A DNA stretch of 64,000 bases from Promethearchaeota archaeon (GTDB lineage: Archaea > Asgardarchaeota > Lokiarchaeia > Sigyniarchaeales > SOKP01): positions 144,826-208,825 of the forward strand of contig JAUVNS010000010.1 in assembly GCA_030599585.1 (NCBI GenBank), read 5' to 3'. Below, in pieces: positions 54,340-63,917 of the stretch. A program made the translations under genes and the position numbers. The notes below the pieces were generated by a model. The model searched no databases, had not been told where the DNA came from, and saw only the letters and a program-made list of their open reading frames with translations. Position 1 is the stretch's first letter; each line of letters starts with the position of its first letter.

Positions 54340-55359
54340 TTGAGGAAATTAACCATGCCTAAAAACCTTCTAGATGCTATAGATGGAATCGAATCAACCG
54401 AAAAAGAGTCTGCTGTTCTCCAATCTAAGATTGACAGATTGATAGAAACGCTCGAGAAACAAAAAGGAGTTATAAGTAGCCTTGAGGTTGTTATTGAAAA
54501 ACAAAAAATAAAAGTTAAAAGAATGTATGATGTTCCTGAAGATGTTTTAGAATTGAAAGAACTAGCTGTAACTCAGAGATCAACACTTAACAAAAGAGAA
54601 ACAGATTTAGAGCTTGCTAAAGGTGAACTTCTTGCTATTAAAAAAGAAATGGATTTCATGAAGAGACAAAGTATCCCGACTCAACGAAAACTTGATGAGG
54701 GTTTTGAAACAATTGGAACCCTCAAAACTGAACTTGCAGAGAAAACTTCTGAATTGTTATTGAAAGATGAGAAATTACAGGAAATTCAAGCCTTTGCCGA
54801 TAAAGTTCAAAACGAACAAATAGGTTTATTATCAGACATGGATCAAAAATGGAAAAAAGAACTCGAACAATTAAGATTAGACCATTTAGAAGAAAAGAAA
54901 GAAATGGCTTCTAAAATAGTTGATCTAGATACATTTCTACTAGACAGTAAACTGACATCTACAGAGGCTACCTCTGAAGCTAAAGACTTAAAGTCAAGGT
55001 TTGCCGACATTCGAACACAACAGGAAAATATGATCAATAAATTAGAAGACGCTCTGGATAAAAAACGCAAAGCAGAAGAAACTCTAAGAAAAAAGAATCA
55101 TGAGATGGAAGATCTCTTGGAGTTTAAGAAAAAAAACCAGAAAAAGATTAATTACTACGATAAATTAACAGCCTTAATGGAACGGGAAGCGCAGTTCAAA
55201 GCCTTCCTAATAGTAGAACAAGTAGGATCAATATCTATGGAAGATTTACGAAATGCTCTTGGTTCTCCCATTGTACTTGTTAGAACATTTGTTCAGAATT
55301 TACAAGATGTTGATTTGGTTGAAATCAACGAAGCAGGAAAAATTGTTGTAAAAAACTAA
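54340..55359 (+). CDS. Long coiled-coil protein with C-terminal winged helix (start probably ATG 54355)
   Basis: About 280 aa heptad-rich E/K/L region, then AFLIVEQVGSISMEDLRNALG...LQDVDLVEI wHTH. GAGG RBS before ATG 54355. Confidence 0.72.
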   Translation: MRKLTMPKNLLDAIDGIESTEKESAVLQSKIDRLIETLEKQKGVISSLEVVIEKQKIKVKRMYDVPEDVLELKELAVTQRSTLNKRETDLELAKGELLAIKKEMDFMKRQSIPTQRKLDEGFETIGTLKTELAEKTSELLLKDEKLQEIQAFADKVQNEQIGLLSDMDQKWKKELEQLRLDHLEEKKEMASKIVDLDTFLLDSKLTSTEATSEAKDLKSRFADIRTQQENMINKLEDALDKKRKAEETLRKKNHEMEDLLEFKKKNQKKINYYDKLTALMEREAQFKAFLIVEQVGSISMEDLRNALGSPIVLVRTFVQNLQDVDLVEINEAGKIVVKN

Positions 55360-55416
55360 GAAGAAGCTTAATTTGAAATAAATTTTATCTTATTCTTAAA
55401 AAATACACTTATAGTA

Positions 55417-55794
55417 TTAGATTTTAGCTAAATCTTTATAAAGATGAGGGAGAAGCTTTATAAATTTACTATCTTGAGTTTGGTCGAGTATTTCAGCTGC
55501 TATAGTTTTTAAAATTTCTCGATACTTACTGGGTTTTTCATCTCTACGTAACAACAGCGCAACGACATAATTTTCCACGCTAATATGGTCGTCACCTACA
55601 CCTGAAAAGAAAGAAACAACCTTATTGTTCTTTAAGCTTATCGATGCGAACCCAGGCTTTAAGCTTTGGTACCGATGTGACGAATACACTTGCGTGAGCA
55701 AGTTATTTGTGATTTTAAGGTTTTCGGGATAAAATCCTTCGTTTATTGGACCAATTTCGTTATCCCACCGAATTATAAGAATTCCGACCGGCAA
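55417..55794 (-). CDS. Stand-alone uDENN/longin-like domain protein
   Basis: GILIIRWDNEIGP...YP, KVVSFF, YVVALLL pattern. GAGGT RBS before TTG. Paralog of the 47037-48140 N-terminus. Confidence 0.65.
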   Translation of the reverse strand: MPVGILIIRWDNEIGPINEGFYPENLKITNNLLTQVYSSHRYQSLKPGFASISLKNNKVVSFFSGVGDDHISVENYVVALLLRRDEKPSKYREILKTIAAEILDQTQDSKFIKLLPHLYKDLAKI

Positions 55795-56102
55795 AATATT
55801 AACCTCGAAGATGTCTATTAATTTACTTATTTTGTTTTGTTATAAATTTAATATCTTGTTATTATTTATTTATTTTTATTTTTAGAGTGTAACTTGTTCA
55901 TTCATTAATAGTTTCTTACTAATTATAAAATTGATTTAATACATAGATATTAAACGGTAAGCAAAGGATACTTAGAAACCTACAGCTAAGGTAAAAATTT
56001 AAATTAAAACTAAAATTTCTCAATAGTACACTTAAAACCTATTAGATTTAATAAAAAACACCTTATTTATCTAATTCAAATAATATCAATGTATAAAAAT
56101 TT

Positions 56103-56222
56103 GGCGGGATTACCGAGTCTGGTCAAAGGTCTTATGGTTTAGAAGGGTCAAGACCGATTATAGGTGCTGGACTTAAGATCCAGTGGCAAAGGCCTTCGGG
56201 AGTTCGAATCTCCCTCCCGCCA
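56103..56222 (+). tRNA. tRNA-Leu(TAA) with a 35-nt intron in the D-loop (56127-56161, position 21/22)
   Basis: Acceptor stem GGCGGGA/TCCCGCC, anticodon arm CTGGA-CTTAAGA-TCCAG, long variable arm, TTCGAAT T-loop. BHB motif: helix GGTC/GATT with bulges AAA and ATA. Confidence 0.92.
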
Positions 56223-56336
56223 CATTCTTTTCTTTTATAACTTTCCTCAAAGAAGATAGATCTCTAAAAAGAATAAAATTCATATTTTCATTATTTCTTA
56301 TTTAATATTAATTTAATATATTTAATCGGGATTAAA

Positions 56337-57638
56337 ATGAAATTAGTTGAAATTATTGGTTTAGAAGCAAAACACGCTAAACTTTTAGAGAAAGCGGGCA
56401 TAAAGGAGGTTGAAGATCTTCTCTCTCTTAGTTACTATCAAATCAAACAAATGGCGAGAAGCATAGGAGTTGCGGTGAAAACTCTAGATACGTGGCAAGA
56501 ACACGCAGATCTAATGAGAATTGATGGAGTAACACCAAAAATCGCGAATGCCTTAAATCTAATAGGGATGGATTCCGTCAAGGAATTTGCATATAGAAAT
56601 GCTAAAAATGCGGTCGAAAAATTAAAACTACTTAAAAAAGACAATCCGACCGTTCTAACAAAAGTACCCACATTAAAAGCTATAGAGAATTGGATTGTAG
56701 AAGCAAAAAAATTCTCAGATGTGCCTAAAGGAGGGGAAAAAGTTAAAAAGAAGCCAGTTCCTAAGGAAAAACAACCACCTAAAGAGACTCCAGATTCAAC
56801 TATACCAATCATACCAAACTACAAACCTTTTGAACAATTTGAAAAAGATTACGGGAAATATGGACCTGATTATTGGAATGATAAATGGGATACTGCCCCC
56901 ATCATCTATACAGGACGAGCGTTAAGGGGTGCATCTTATAATAAACAAATTGATGTAGATGTAAAAGCGTTCATTAAGAAAAACGATGCTATTCTGTGGC
57001 ACGTCTTAACTCAACTCAATTTAAGAAAAGACACTCCTAACGACACAGCGTTATCAATCCAAAATTTTGTATGCAATTTTCTTAAGTATAAGTACGATGA
57101 TATCGCATCAGAATGCCCTGAATTTTGGTTATTTCCCTTTGAAGCGATTCAATCCGAGATTGGTGATTGTGAAGACGGAGCGATCTTAATTGCAAGCTTA
57201 TTAATTAATGCAGGGATTCCTTCGTGGAGAGTAAAAGTATGTGCTGCCCAAGTTATGGCGGACCCAATCTTTGCACCATCAGACACAGAATTAGGAGGCC
57301 ATGCGTATTGTATTTATTTAGCGGATCGACCAGATTCAGAACGAAAATTAGAGTGGGTAATATTAGATTGGTGCTATCTACAGGATCCAGAAATTCCAAT
57401 AAAAGAGAAGCCTTTAGCGCGAAATGGAGGTTCCGGGGGTGCATATCGTGATATCTGGTTTACGTTTAATGATCTTCAATCGTGGGCTCAAAGTAGTTTT
57501 GAAGTCGGGTCACGGATTAGTAAGAATCGAACAACACAGAAAGACGAAGTTTTAGCTCCCTTAGAAGAGATTTTGAAAAGTTTGGCAAGTGATACAATTG
57601 AAAAAATCTTTGAGAAACTAAATATAGACATAGAATAA
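56337..57638 (+). CDS. DUF4332 (tandem HhH) plus transglutaminase-like cysteine-protease domain protein
   Basis: Two HhH units (LEKAGIKEVEDLL; ADLMRIDGV), P/K-rich linker, triad GDCEDGA / GHAY / ILD. Confidence 0.8.
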   Translation: MKLVEIIGLEAKHAKLLEKAGIKEVEDLLSLSYYQIKQMARSIGVAVKTLDTWQEHADLMRIDGVTPKIANALNLIGMDSVKEFAYRNAKNAVEKLKLLKKDNPTVLTKVPTLKAIENWIVEAKKFSDVPKGGEKVKKKPVPKEKQPPKETPDSTIPIIPNYKPFEQFEKDYGKYGPDYWNDKWDTAPIIYTGRALRGASYNKQIDVDVKAFIKKNDAILWHVLTQLNLRKDTPNDTALSIQNFVCNFLKYKYDDIASECPEFWLFPFEAIQSEIGDCEDGAILIASLLINAGIPSWRVKVCAAQVMADPIFAPSDTELGGHAYCIYLADRPDSERKLEWVILDWCYLQDPEIPIKEKPLARNGGSGGAYRDIWFTFNDLQSWAQSSFEVGSRISKNRTTQKDEVLAPLEEILKSLASDTIEKIFEKLNIDIE

Positions 57639-57723
57639 TTGTAATAGCCAGAATAGTATTATTCTATTCCCTTTTTTTTGTAATTAAAAAAAAAGTATAA
57701 AAAAAGAAATTTCAATAAAAGAG

Positions 57724-58356
57724 TTATTTCTTCTTTTCTTCTGTTTCTTTAAGCATAGTAGCTCCACAGAATGAACAAAAAGACGCAATTCGTTCTATTT
57801 CAGAACCACATTTTTCACATTTCCTCTTATATCTTAGAGTTGAAGGAATTGAGTCTACTACGGTTTCTAAAATTTTTTTTATTGATTTTTGGACTTCTAT
57901 AATTGTCGCTTCCTTTTGCTCTGTTGGATAAGATTGAATATAGATTGAAGCAAGCTCAATCAAAAAATTTCCCATGAATTTAAGCTGGTCTTCAAAATTT
58001 TTGTTAACTTTTGTTTTTAATATATGTTCTCCTGCTTCTGTTAATGAATATACTTTGCGAATTGGCCCTATAGGACTTTTTACGGGTCGAGAATTAAGAA
58101 AACCGTCTCTTTTCAGCTTAGAAAGGATAGGATAGACTGTTCCTGACTGGGCTTCCCATGTTCCAGCAAAATGTTTGTTCAAATTTAAGATTAAATCATA
58201 ACCAGCTAATTCTCTACAATTAAATACAGTTTCTAATATCGTAAATTCTAGGGGCGTCAATTTATATTTCTTAATGCCTTGAAATAGGTCTTTTTGTATT
58301 TTAACTCTTAACTCTTTTATGTCTTCTTCCAGATCCAAGAATTTTCCTAACCACAT
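57724..58356 (-). CDS. PadR family transcriptional regulator with C-terminal zinc ribbon
   Basis: GYDL, SGTVYPILSKL, RKVYSLTEAG, CEKCG..FCSFCG. Confidence 0.88.
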   Translation of the reverse strand: MWLGKFLDLEEDIKELRVKIQKDLFQGIKKYKLTPLEFTILETVFNCRELAGYDLILNLNKHFAGTWEAQSGTVYPILSKLKRDGFLNSRPVKSPIGPIRKVYSLTEAGEHILKTKVNKNFEDQLKFMGNFLIELASIYIQSYPTEQKEATIIEVQKSIKKILETVVDSIPSTLRYKRKCEKCGSEIERIASFCSFCGATMLKETEEKKK

Positions 58357-58378
58357 TCGATTTTAAGCCTCAAAGAAC

Positions 58379-58921
58379 CTATTTTTTAAATTTAGATTTC
58401 ATTTTTTCTATTTCTCTTTCAATCGCTTTATCTCGTTTCGATTTATTTAATCCTTCTTTGTCAACTTTACTTCTAAAGAAAATCAGATGAACTGCGATAT
58501 GTATTAACAAACCGGCGCCCCAAAATACTAACGGAAATAGGAACCATGTGAACGGAGTGTGTTCTATAAGTAATTCAAAATTAGGGTAGTAAACCTCATT
58601 ATAATAAAAAATAACGAATAAAAGCAAATTCACAAAAATGTACGCAACAATATGAAAGATCACGCCTCTTTTAGTGTTCGGGTAAACTCCCTTTGCATAG
58701 ATTATATAAGCAGTCATATGTTCCGCTACACCTATTAACCAGCCAAAGAATGGATAGATTATCCAATAATAATTTGGTGTTGTCAACATATTTATAAAAA
58801 AGAGTAACACATTTACAATCAGAAAGATGCTAACGTGTAATCTAACAGCAAATCTATACACAACTTTTTTTTTAGCAATTTCTCTTAAATTTTCTTCTGA
58901 AAATCCATCATAATTTTCCAT
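58379..58921 (-). CDS. Tandem 2TM-domain membrane protein
   Basis: Two units of H..(Y/F)..VN.LL...W..(Y/F)P...W..G...H, ending IEREIEK. Confidence 0.75.
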   Translation of the reverse strand: MENYDGFSEENLREIAKKKVVYRFAVRLHVSIFLIVNVLLFFINMLTTPNYYWIIYPFFGWLIGVAEHMTAYIIYAKGVYPNTKRGVIFHIVAYIFVNLLLFVIFYYNEVYYPNFELLIEHTPFTWFLFPLVFWGAGLLIHIAVHLIFFRSKVDKEGLNKSKRDKAIEREIEKMKSKFKK

Positions 58922-59143
58922 TGGATTACTTCTCCAGGTATTTTAAACTTTAAGTTAGATAATTTTAGATATTTATATAATTAATAACTACTATTTTATT
59001 TAAACTTGTTGATTCTACATAGTAAATGTTAATTCTACCTACTGACTAAACATAGTATTAAACATATTAAACTGGTTTTTAGTGGGAAAATCTTTTAATA
59101 CTCAAAAAAACCCTATATCTCAATTCAGTATCTAATAACGAAA

Positions 59144-59791
59144 ATGTCGATATTATCTGATTACTTAGATAAGCTACTTGAGTGGGATGACCGAGCGTTC
59201 CTTAGCTTATATAAGAGCGATTTTTCTAAAAGAACAACGCAATATGCGAAAATATTTAGCTTTTTAGGATCGTTATATTTCTGGAGTATTATCATTGTTG
59301 GATGGTTCTTCTATGGATTTGTGACAAAAGATTATGATCTTCTTGTGCTGTTTGTTTCAGGGTTTGAGCAGTCTTTAATCATTCATGTAATTATTCGATA
59401 TGGAGTTATTAGAAGGAATCGACCTTACATCAAACTTAAAAAGGAAGGAGTTAAGAGGCATGATCTCTTCTTACGAATTCCATATTTAATGTCAGATTCA
59501 GAGGAAAATTCATTTCCTTCTGGGCACGTGACTTTTTTTTTCCTGTTTGGAATTATCCTGGCTTACTATTTTAATAGCTGGCCAATTTTTGTCATATTCT
59601 TCAGTTTAGATATTATCATGGGTGTCTCGCGAGTTATCCTTGGGGTGCATTTCCCTACGGATGTCATCTTTGGATTCATTTTTGGATTTCTCTACGCCTT
59701 ATTATTTCTTGGATGGACTTATATCTATTGGGTTGAGTTTTACTATTGGATCGGACCAATCTTTTCAGATATTTTTGTTTTCTGGGTATAA
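59144..59791 (+). CDS. PAP2 family membrane phosphatase
   Basis: RNRP, SFPSGH, SRVILGVHFPTDV. Confidence 0.9.
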   Translation: MSILSDYLDKLLEWDDRAFLSLYKSDFSKRTTQYAKIFSFLGSLYFWSIIIVGWFFYGFVTKDYDLLVLFVSGFEQSLIIHVIIRYGVIRRNRPYIKLKKEGVKRHDLFLRIPYLMSDSEENSFPSGHVTFFFLFGIILAYYFNSWPIFVIFFSLDIIMGVSRVILGVHFPTDVIFGFIFGFLYALLFLGWTYIYWVEFYYWIGPIFSDIFVFWV

Positions 59792-59882
59792 TTCGTTAAA
59801 ATAGCCCTCATACCAATTATTTTGGATCAAATTAAGTATTGAATATGGATAAGAGTTTAACTTAGAATAATAAAAATGAAAT

Positions 59883-60410
59883 TTAAAACCAATCTATAAA
59901 TTCATCGAGGGCTCTTCTTTCCCTTTCTTCTTTCTTTACAAGAGCTTCGTCGATTAACCCAATTGTAAGTACTCCCATTAATTCAAATTTTTCAGGAGAA
60001 AGCTTAAAAATTTCGCTTACTTTTTCTTTATTTTTAAGAATTTCGCCAATCCACACTGCTCCTAATCCTTTTGCATGAACGGCTAAAAGCATATTTTGAA
60101 TAAAGGCTCCCATAGATAATACATCTTTAGTTCGATCGTATCCCCTTTCGAGATCTAAGAAAACTACGAAATTTAAATAAGCACTTTCGATAATCCCGCC
60201 ATATTTTGAATTTTCTGCTATTAATCTCTTGACAGTCGGATGAGAAACAATACAAACTTTCCATGGTTGGCTATTTCGCCCCGATGGAGCCCACCGACCA
60301 CATTCTAGTATTGCCCCTATAGTATCGTTGTCAATTTTCTTATATACGAAATTTCTCACAGATTTTCGAGATTTAATTAAATCTATTAAGTTGTTTGTTT
60401 TTGATTCCAT
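59883..60410 (-). CDS. Nitroreductase family protein
   Basis: RKSVRNF, APSGRNSQPW, QNMLLAVHAKGLGAVW. Confidence 0.9.
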   Translation of the reverse strand: MESKTNNLIDLIKSRKSVRNFVYKKIDNDTIGAILECGRWAPSGRNSQPWKVCIVSHPTVKRLIAENSKYGGIIESAYLNFVVFLDLERGYDRTKDVLSMGAFIQNMLLAVHAKGLGAVWIGEILKNKEKVSEIFKLSPEKFELMGVLTIGLIDEALVKKEERERRALDEFIDWF

Positions 60411-60508
60411 AGTTTAAGAATTGTGTAAGAATTGAATTTATACTTTTGCATAAATAATATAGATAAAAAAATAAATAAAAAAGATGTTTAAGTGTGTTGT
60501 ATTAGTGC

Positions 60509-61039
60509 TTATTCTTTCGCTTGTCTTAAATCCTTAGCGTCATCTTCTATAACATCGTAGTATTCAATATCCATTAATCCTCCAGTTGTGGGTTCAGCCC
60601 AATGAACTTTTACTGGCATTCCTACATAAGCGTCTTTAAAATCTACTTCAGGATTTAATTGGGCCATAATGACTGTGTCAGCTCCATCTTGTTGCACTAA
60701 TGTCATTGGCTTTTCTTGAATTTCTCCAGTTTCAGGATCTTTAAGGTAAACGATAGCATAAGTTGCAACTCTTCCAGTTTCTCGTAAATCAACCCATTGA
60801 TCTGGTTTTACTAAACATTTTCCACAAACTAATCTCGGAGGGAAGAAAATTCGGTTACAGCTTGAACATTGATTTCCTACTAACTTCTTATCTTTCAATT
60901 TTTTTAAAAAATGACTGTTATGAGTGATGTTGAATTTATATTTATAACTCGCCAAATACCAATTAGCTGGCATCGTTCGCGTCCTCACGTAGTCTTTCTT
61001 AATGTAATCGAGAGATTTTCTTTGCGTTAATTTTGACAT
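60509..61039 (-). CDS. DUF35 Zn-ribbon/OB-fold protein
   Basis: CSSC..FFPPR..CGKC, VGMPVKV. Confidence 0.88.
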   Translation of the reverse strand: MSKLTQRKSLDYIKKDYVRTRTMPANWYLASYKYKFNITHNSHFLKKLKDKKLVGNQCSSCNRIFFPPRLVCGKCLVKPDQWVDLRETGRVATYAIVYLKDPETGEIQEKPMTLVQQDGADTVIMAQLNPEVDFKDAYVGMPVKVHWAEPTTGGLMDIEYYDVIEDDAKDLRQAKE

Positions 61040-61044
61040 TCAAT

Positions 61045-62295
61045 TCATCTCCTCCATTTTCTTTTTGGTTCGTCTGACATTACCATCAAAGTACATAAGT
61101 TTAGTGAACCACCCCAACCATGTCCTATTGAAGTATGCACCGTCTTTGGAACTTGATTATCCGCTTTGCCCATTATTTGGAGAGCCGCTTCTGCAGGTCT
61201 TTCCATTGCTGATGCTCCAATTGCGTTTGTCGAATTAACTCCTCCTGAACAATTTATTGGGAGTTCCCCCTTTAAAGAAGTTACTCCAGTTTCATACATT
61301 TTAGGAGCAGTAGTTTCTTCAAATAAGCCCAGTTTTTCAACCCACATAAGTTCTTGATTAGGGAATGGAGAATATACTTCAGCGTAATCAATTTCTTTTC
61401 TTGGGAAAGAAATGCCTGCTTGATAGTAAGCTAGGTCAGATGATTTCATAGCACCTATTTGAGCTGATGGATCAATCTGCCCCGAACCACTTCCGTCATA
61501 TCCAAGAACTGCAGTTTCGTTAGCTACGCTAGCTACTCCATTAACATAAACAGGAATTTCGCACATATCTTTCGCTTTTTCTTCAGTAGTAAAAAGCATA
61601 GCACATGCTCCATCTGAAGCAGGACAAACCATACCATACCTCAATGGATAAGAAATATAAGGAGTGTCGAGTACTTCTTCTACGGTAAGGTTAGGCATTT
61701 TTAAATGCGTCCACCATGTTTTTGCTGCGTTATGTCTATTCTGTACGACTACTCTCGCTAAATCCTCTTCTGTAATGTGGGTTTTAGCCATGTAATTTGT
61801 AGCTTGGTACGCTGCTACCCCTATTGCTGCTCCTGCAGATAATAGACGCGATAATTGATCATATGGGATACCCAATGTGTTTAATACAGATATTTCACCA
61901 TACGCAACGCTTGCAAGACCAACACTTGTATCTCCTTGAGACTGTTGTTCAAACGCTATTGCTAAAACTGTATCAATTTTTGGTAAACCTGCTGCAACCG
62001 TGTAATACCCTGCTATTGCTACAGTCCCTCCCGTAGTTCCACCAGTTGTTACTCTTAACAATGGTTTATTTCTTGCGCCCATCCAATCGGTCATCCATAA
62101 TTCTGGCATATTTGCACCCTCAAATGCAGGCATATTGCCGTTTACAAACGCATCAATGTCATCAAATTCTACACCAGGTGCATTCTTCAAACAATCTTCA
62201 ACTGCTTCGCTTACTAATTCTGCCATATTAACATCAGATCTTTTTGAAGCGTGTTCGCTAAAACCAGCTGATGCTATAGCTACTTGTCTCCCCAT
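61045..62295 (-). CDS. SCP2-type thiolase-fold protein, Ltp3-like (no catalytic Cys)
   Basis: LLRVTTGGTTGG where thiolases have the catalytic Cys, CPASDGA, AEVYSPF, INCSGG, HGWGG. Confidence 0.8.
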   Translation of the reverse strand: MGRQVAIASAGFSEHASKRSDVNMAELVSEAVEDCLKNAPGVEFDDIDAFVNGNMPAFEGANMPELWMTDWMGARNKPLLRVTTGGTTGGTVAIAGYYTVAAGLPKIDTVLAIAFEQQSQGDTSVGLASVAYGEISVLNTLGIPYDQLSRLLSAGAAIGVAAYQATNYMAKTHITEEDLARVVVQNRHNAAKTWWTHLKMPNLTVEEVLDTPYISYPLRYGMVCPASDGACAMLFTTEEKAKDMCEIPVYVNGVASVANETAVLGYDGSGSGQIDPSAQIGAMKSSDLAYYQAGISFPRKEIDYAEVYSPFPNQELMWVEKLGLFEETTAPKMYETGVTSLKGELPINCSGGVNSTNAIGASAMERPAEAALQIMGKADNQVPKTVHTSIGHGWGGSLNLCTLMVMSDEPKRKWRR

Positions 62296-62297
62296 CT

Positions 62298-63440
62298 TTA
62301 ATCACTTCCCTCCAATACAAATAAAATATTATTTTGAGCACACATACCTACTTGGCCTGAAGCAATAGCTTTTTTAGCATTGTTTACTTGATAGCCATTA
62401 GCTTCTCCCCTCAACTGTTTGGCAGCTTCAATTACTCTAATCAAACCAGTTGCACAAGGGGGATTACCGCCAATAGCCCCACCAGAAGGATTTATTGAGA
62501 TATCTCCATTAATTTCAGAATTGATACTTGCTCCTTTCCCCTTTTCTGCTAACCCTAATGCTTCCGATAATATTAATTCCTCGTGCGCATAAGCCTCGAA
62601 TAGTTCTGCTACATCAATTTCGCTTTTTGGATCTTTAATTCCAGCGCTCTCAAATGCCGTTTTTCCTGCCAATTCCATAGATTTACTTTCATATAAATTA
62701 CGGTCTCCAAGATAATATGCTTCTTGAGAATATCCAACTCCGGTTATCCAAACAGGATTATCAGTTATCTTTAAAGCCTGTCGTTCAGGTGCTAATAATA
62801 TAGCTGCCACGCCATCACAAGGTTGCGCAACCATTAATTCAGTAACTGGGTCTGCGTATATATCCGAAGCCAATACCTCTTTAACATCAATATTTGAATT
62901 TTGAACTTCTGCTAAAGCTAAGGGATTCTTGGCAGCATTCTTTCGATTTTTTACTGCAACACTAGCTATTTCTTCAGCACTAACTCCATATTTTTCCATG
63001 TAAGATCTCATCTGAAATCCCGCTGAAGTGATATCATTCACATAAGCTAATGGCCTTTCCCATGTCGGATCAGTCTCAAATAATCGAGTTGAATGATAAG
63101 GAAAACATGAGGGCATACTTCCACCCCATACTACGGCTAATTTGTGATTACCTGATAAAATTCTCATTAATCCATATAAAACAGCATGCGCTCCATCCAT
63201 CTCTACTTTACTCTCGTCTGCCATATATCCTCCGCCTACTTCGACAGTAAAACAATTTGAAATAGTACGCCCGTCATAATAGTCGTTTGTGCATGAAATT
63301 ACTGTAGAAATATCTTTTTTCTTTAAACCTGCCATGTCTACAGCGCCTCTTACAGCTTCAAATATCATCTCATAACGTCCATAATTCGCATCTGAATGTA
63401 ATTTTACTTGATAGTACCCTACAATTCCAACTTTTTCCAT
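62298..63440 (-). CDS. SCP2-type thiolase-fold protein, Ltp4-like
   Basis: DYYDGR, ESKVEMDGAHA, DVAELFEAYAHEE, INPSGG. Confidence 0.8.
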   Translation of the reverse strand: MEKVGIVGYYQVKLHSDANYGRYEMIFEAVRGAVDMAGLKKKDISTVISCTNDYYDGRTISNCFTVEVGGGYMADESKVEMDGAHAVLYGLMRILSGNHKLAVVWGGSMPSCFPYHSTRLFETDPTWERPLAYVNDITSAGFQMRSYMEKYGVSAEEIASVAVKNRKNAAKNPLALAEVQNSNIDVKEVLASDIYADPVTELMVAQPCDGVAAILLAPERQALKITDNPVWITGVGYSQEAYYLGDRNLYESKSMELAGKTAFESAGIKDPKSEIDVAELFEAYAHEELILSEALGLAEKGKGASINSEINGDISINPSGGAIGGNPPCATGLIRVIEAAKQLRGEANGYQVNNAKKAIASGQVGMCAQNNILFVLEGSD

Positions 63441-63455
63441 TTAATCCATCACACC

Positions 63456-63917
63456 TCACATTTTTACGAAACCCTTAATATCTGAAGGGTTTCCTTTTGT
63501 TTTTTCTGCCCATTCTATCTTTACCTTCATTCCAATTTTTACTTCACTAGGTTCTAGATTCAAAAGCCTATAGACTATAGATGTATTGCTTCCATCAATA
63601 TGTATCATTCCAAGTAATAGATCTTTAGCTTTTCTATCGGTTCTATCGTTAACTCTATAGGGTGTTATAGTATAATTTACTAACGTACCTGTATCTGGTA
63701 ATTCTACCCAATTTTGATCTAGTGGGATTACTACATTACATTTTCCACAGATTTTCCTTGGAGGTACAAAGACATCATCACACTTAGGACATTTATTACC
63801 AACTATTTTCTTATTTTCTAAATTATCGAAAAATTTATCTAAGTACTGGCCGACCCAGAAGTTAAAGTCTGCTCTTACCATACCTTTATTAGCCACAATT
63901 ACTTTATTTTCACTCAT
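63456..63917 (-). CDS. DUF35 Zn-ribbon/OB-fold protein
   Basis: CPKC..FVPPR..CGKC, VKIGMKVK. Confidence 0.88.
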   Translation of the reverse strand: MSENKVIVANKGMVRADFNFWVGQYLDKFFDNLENKKIVGNKCPKCDDVFVPPRKICGKCNVVIPLDQNWVELPDTGTLVNYTITPYRVNDRTDRKAKDLLLGMIHIDGSNTSIVYRLLNLEPSEVKIGMKVKIEWAEKTKGNPSDIKGFVKM

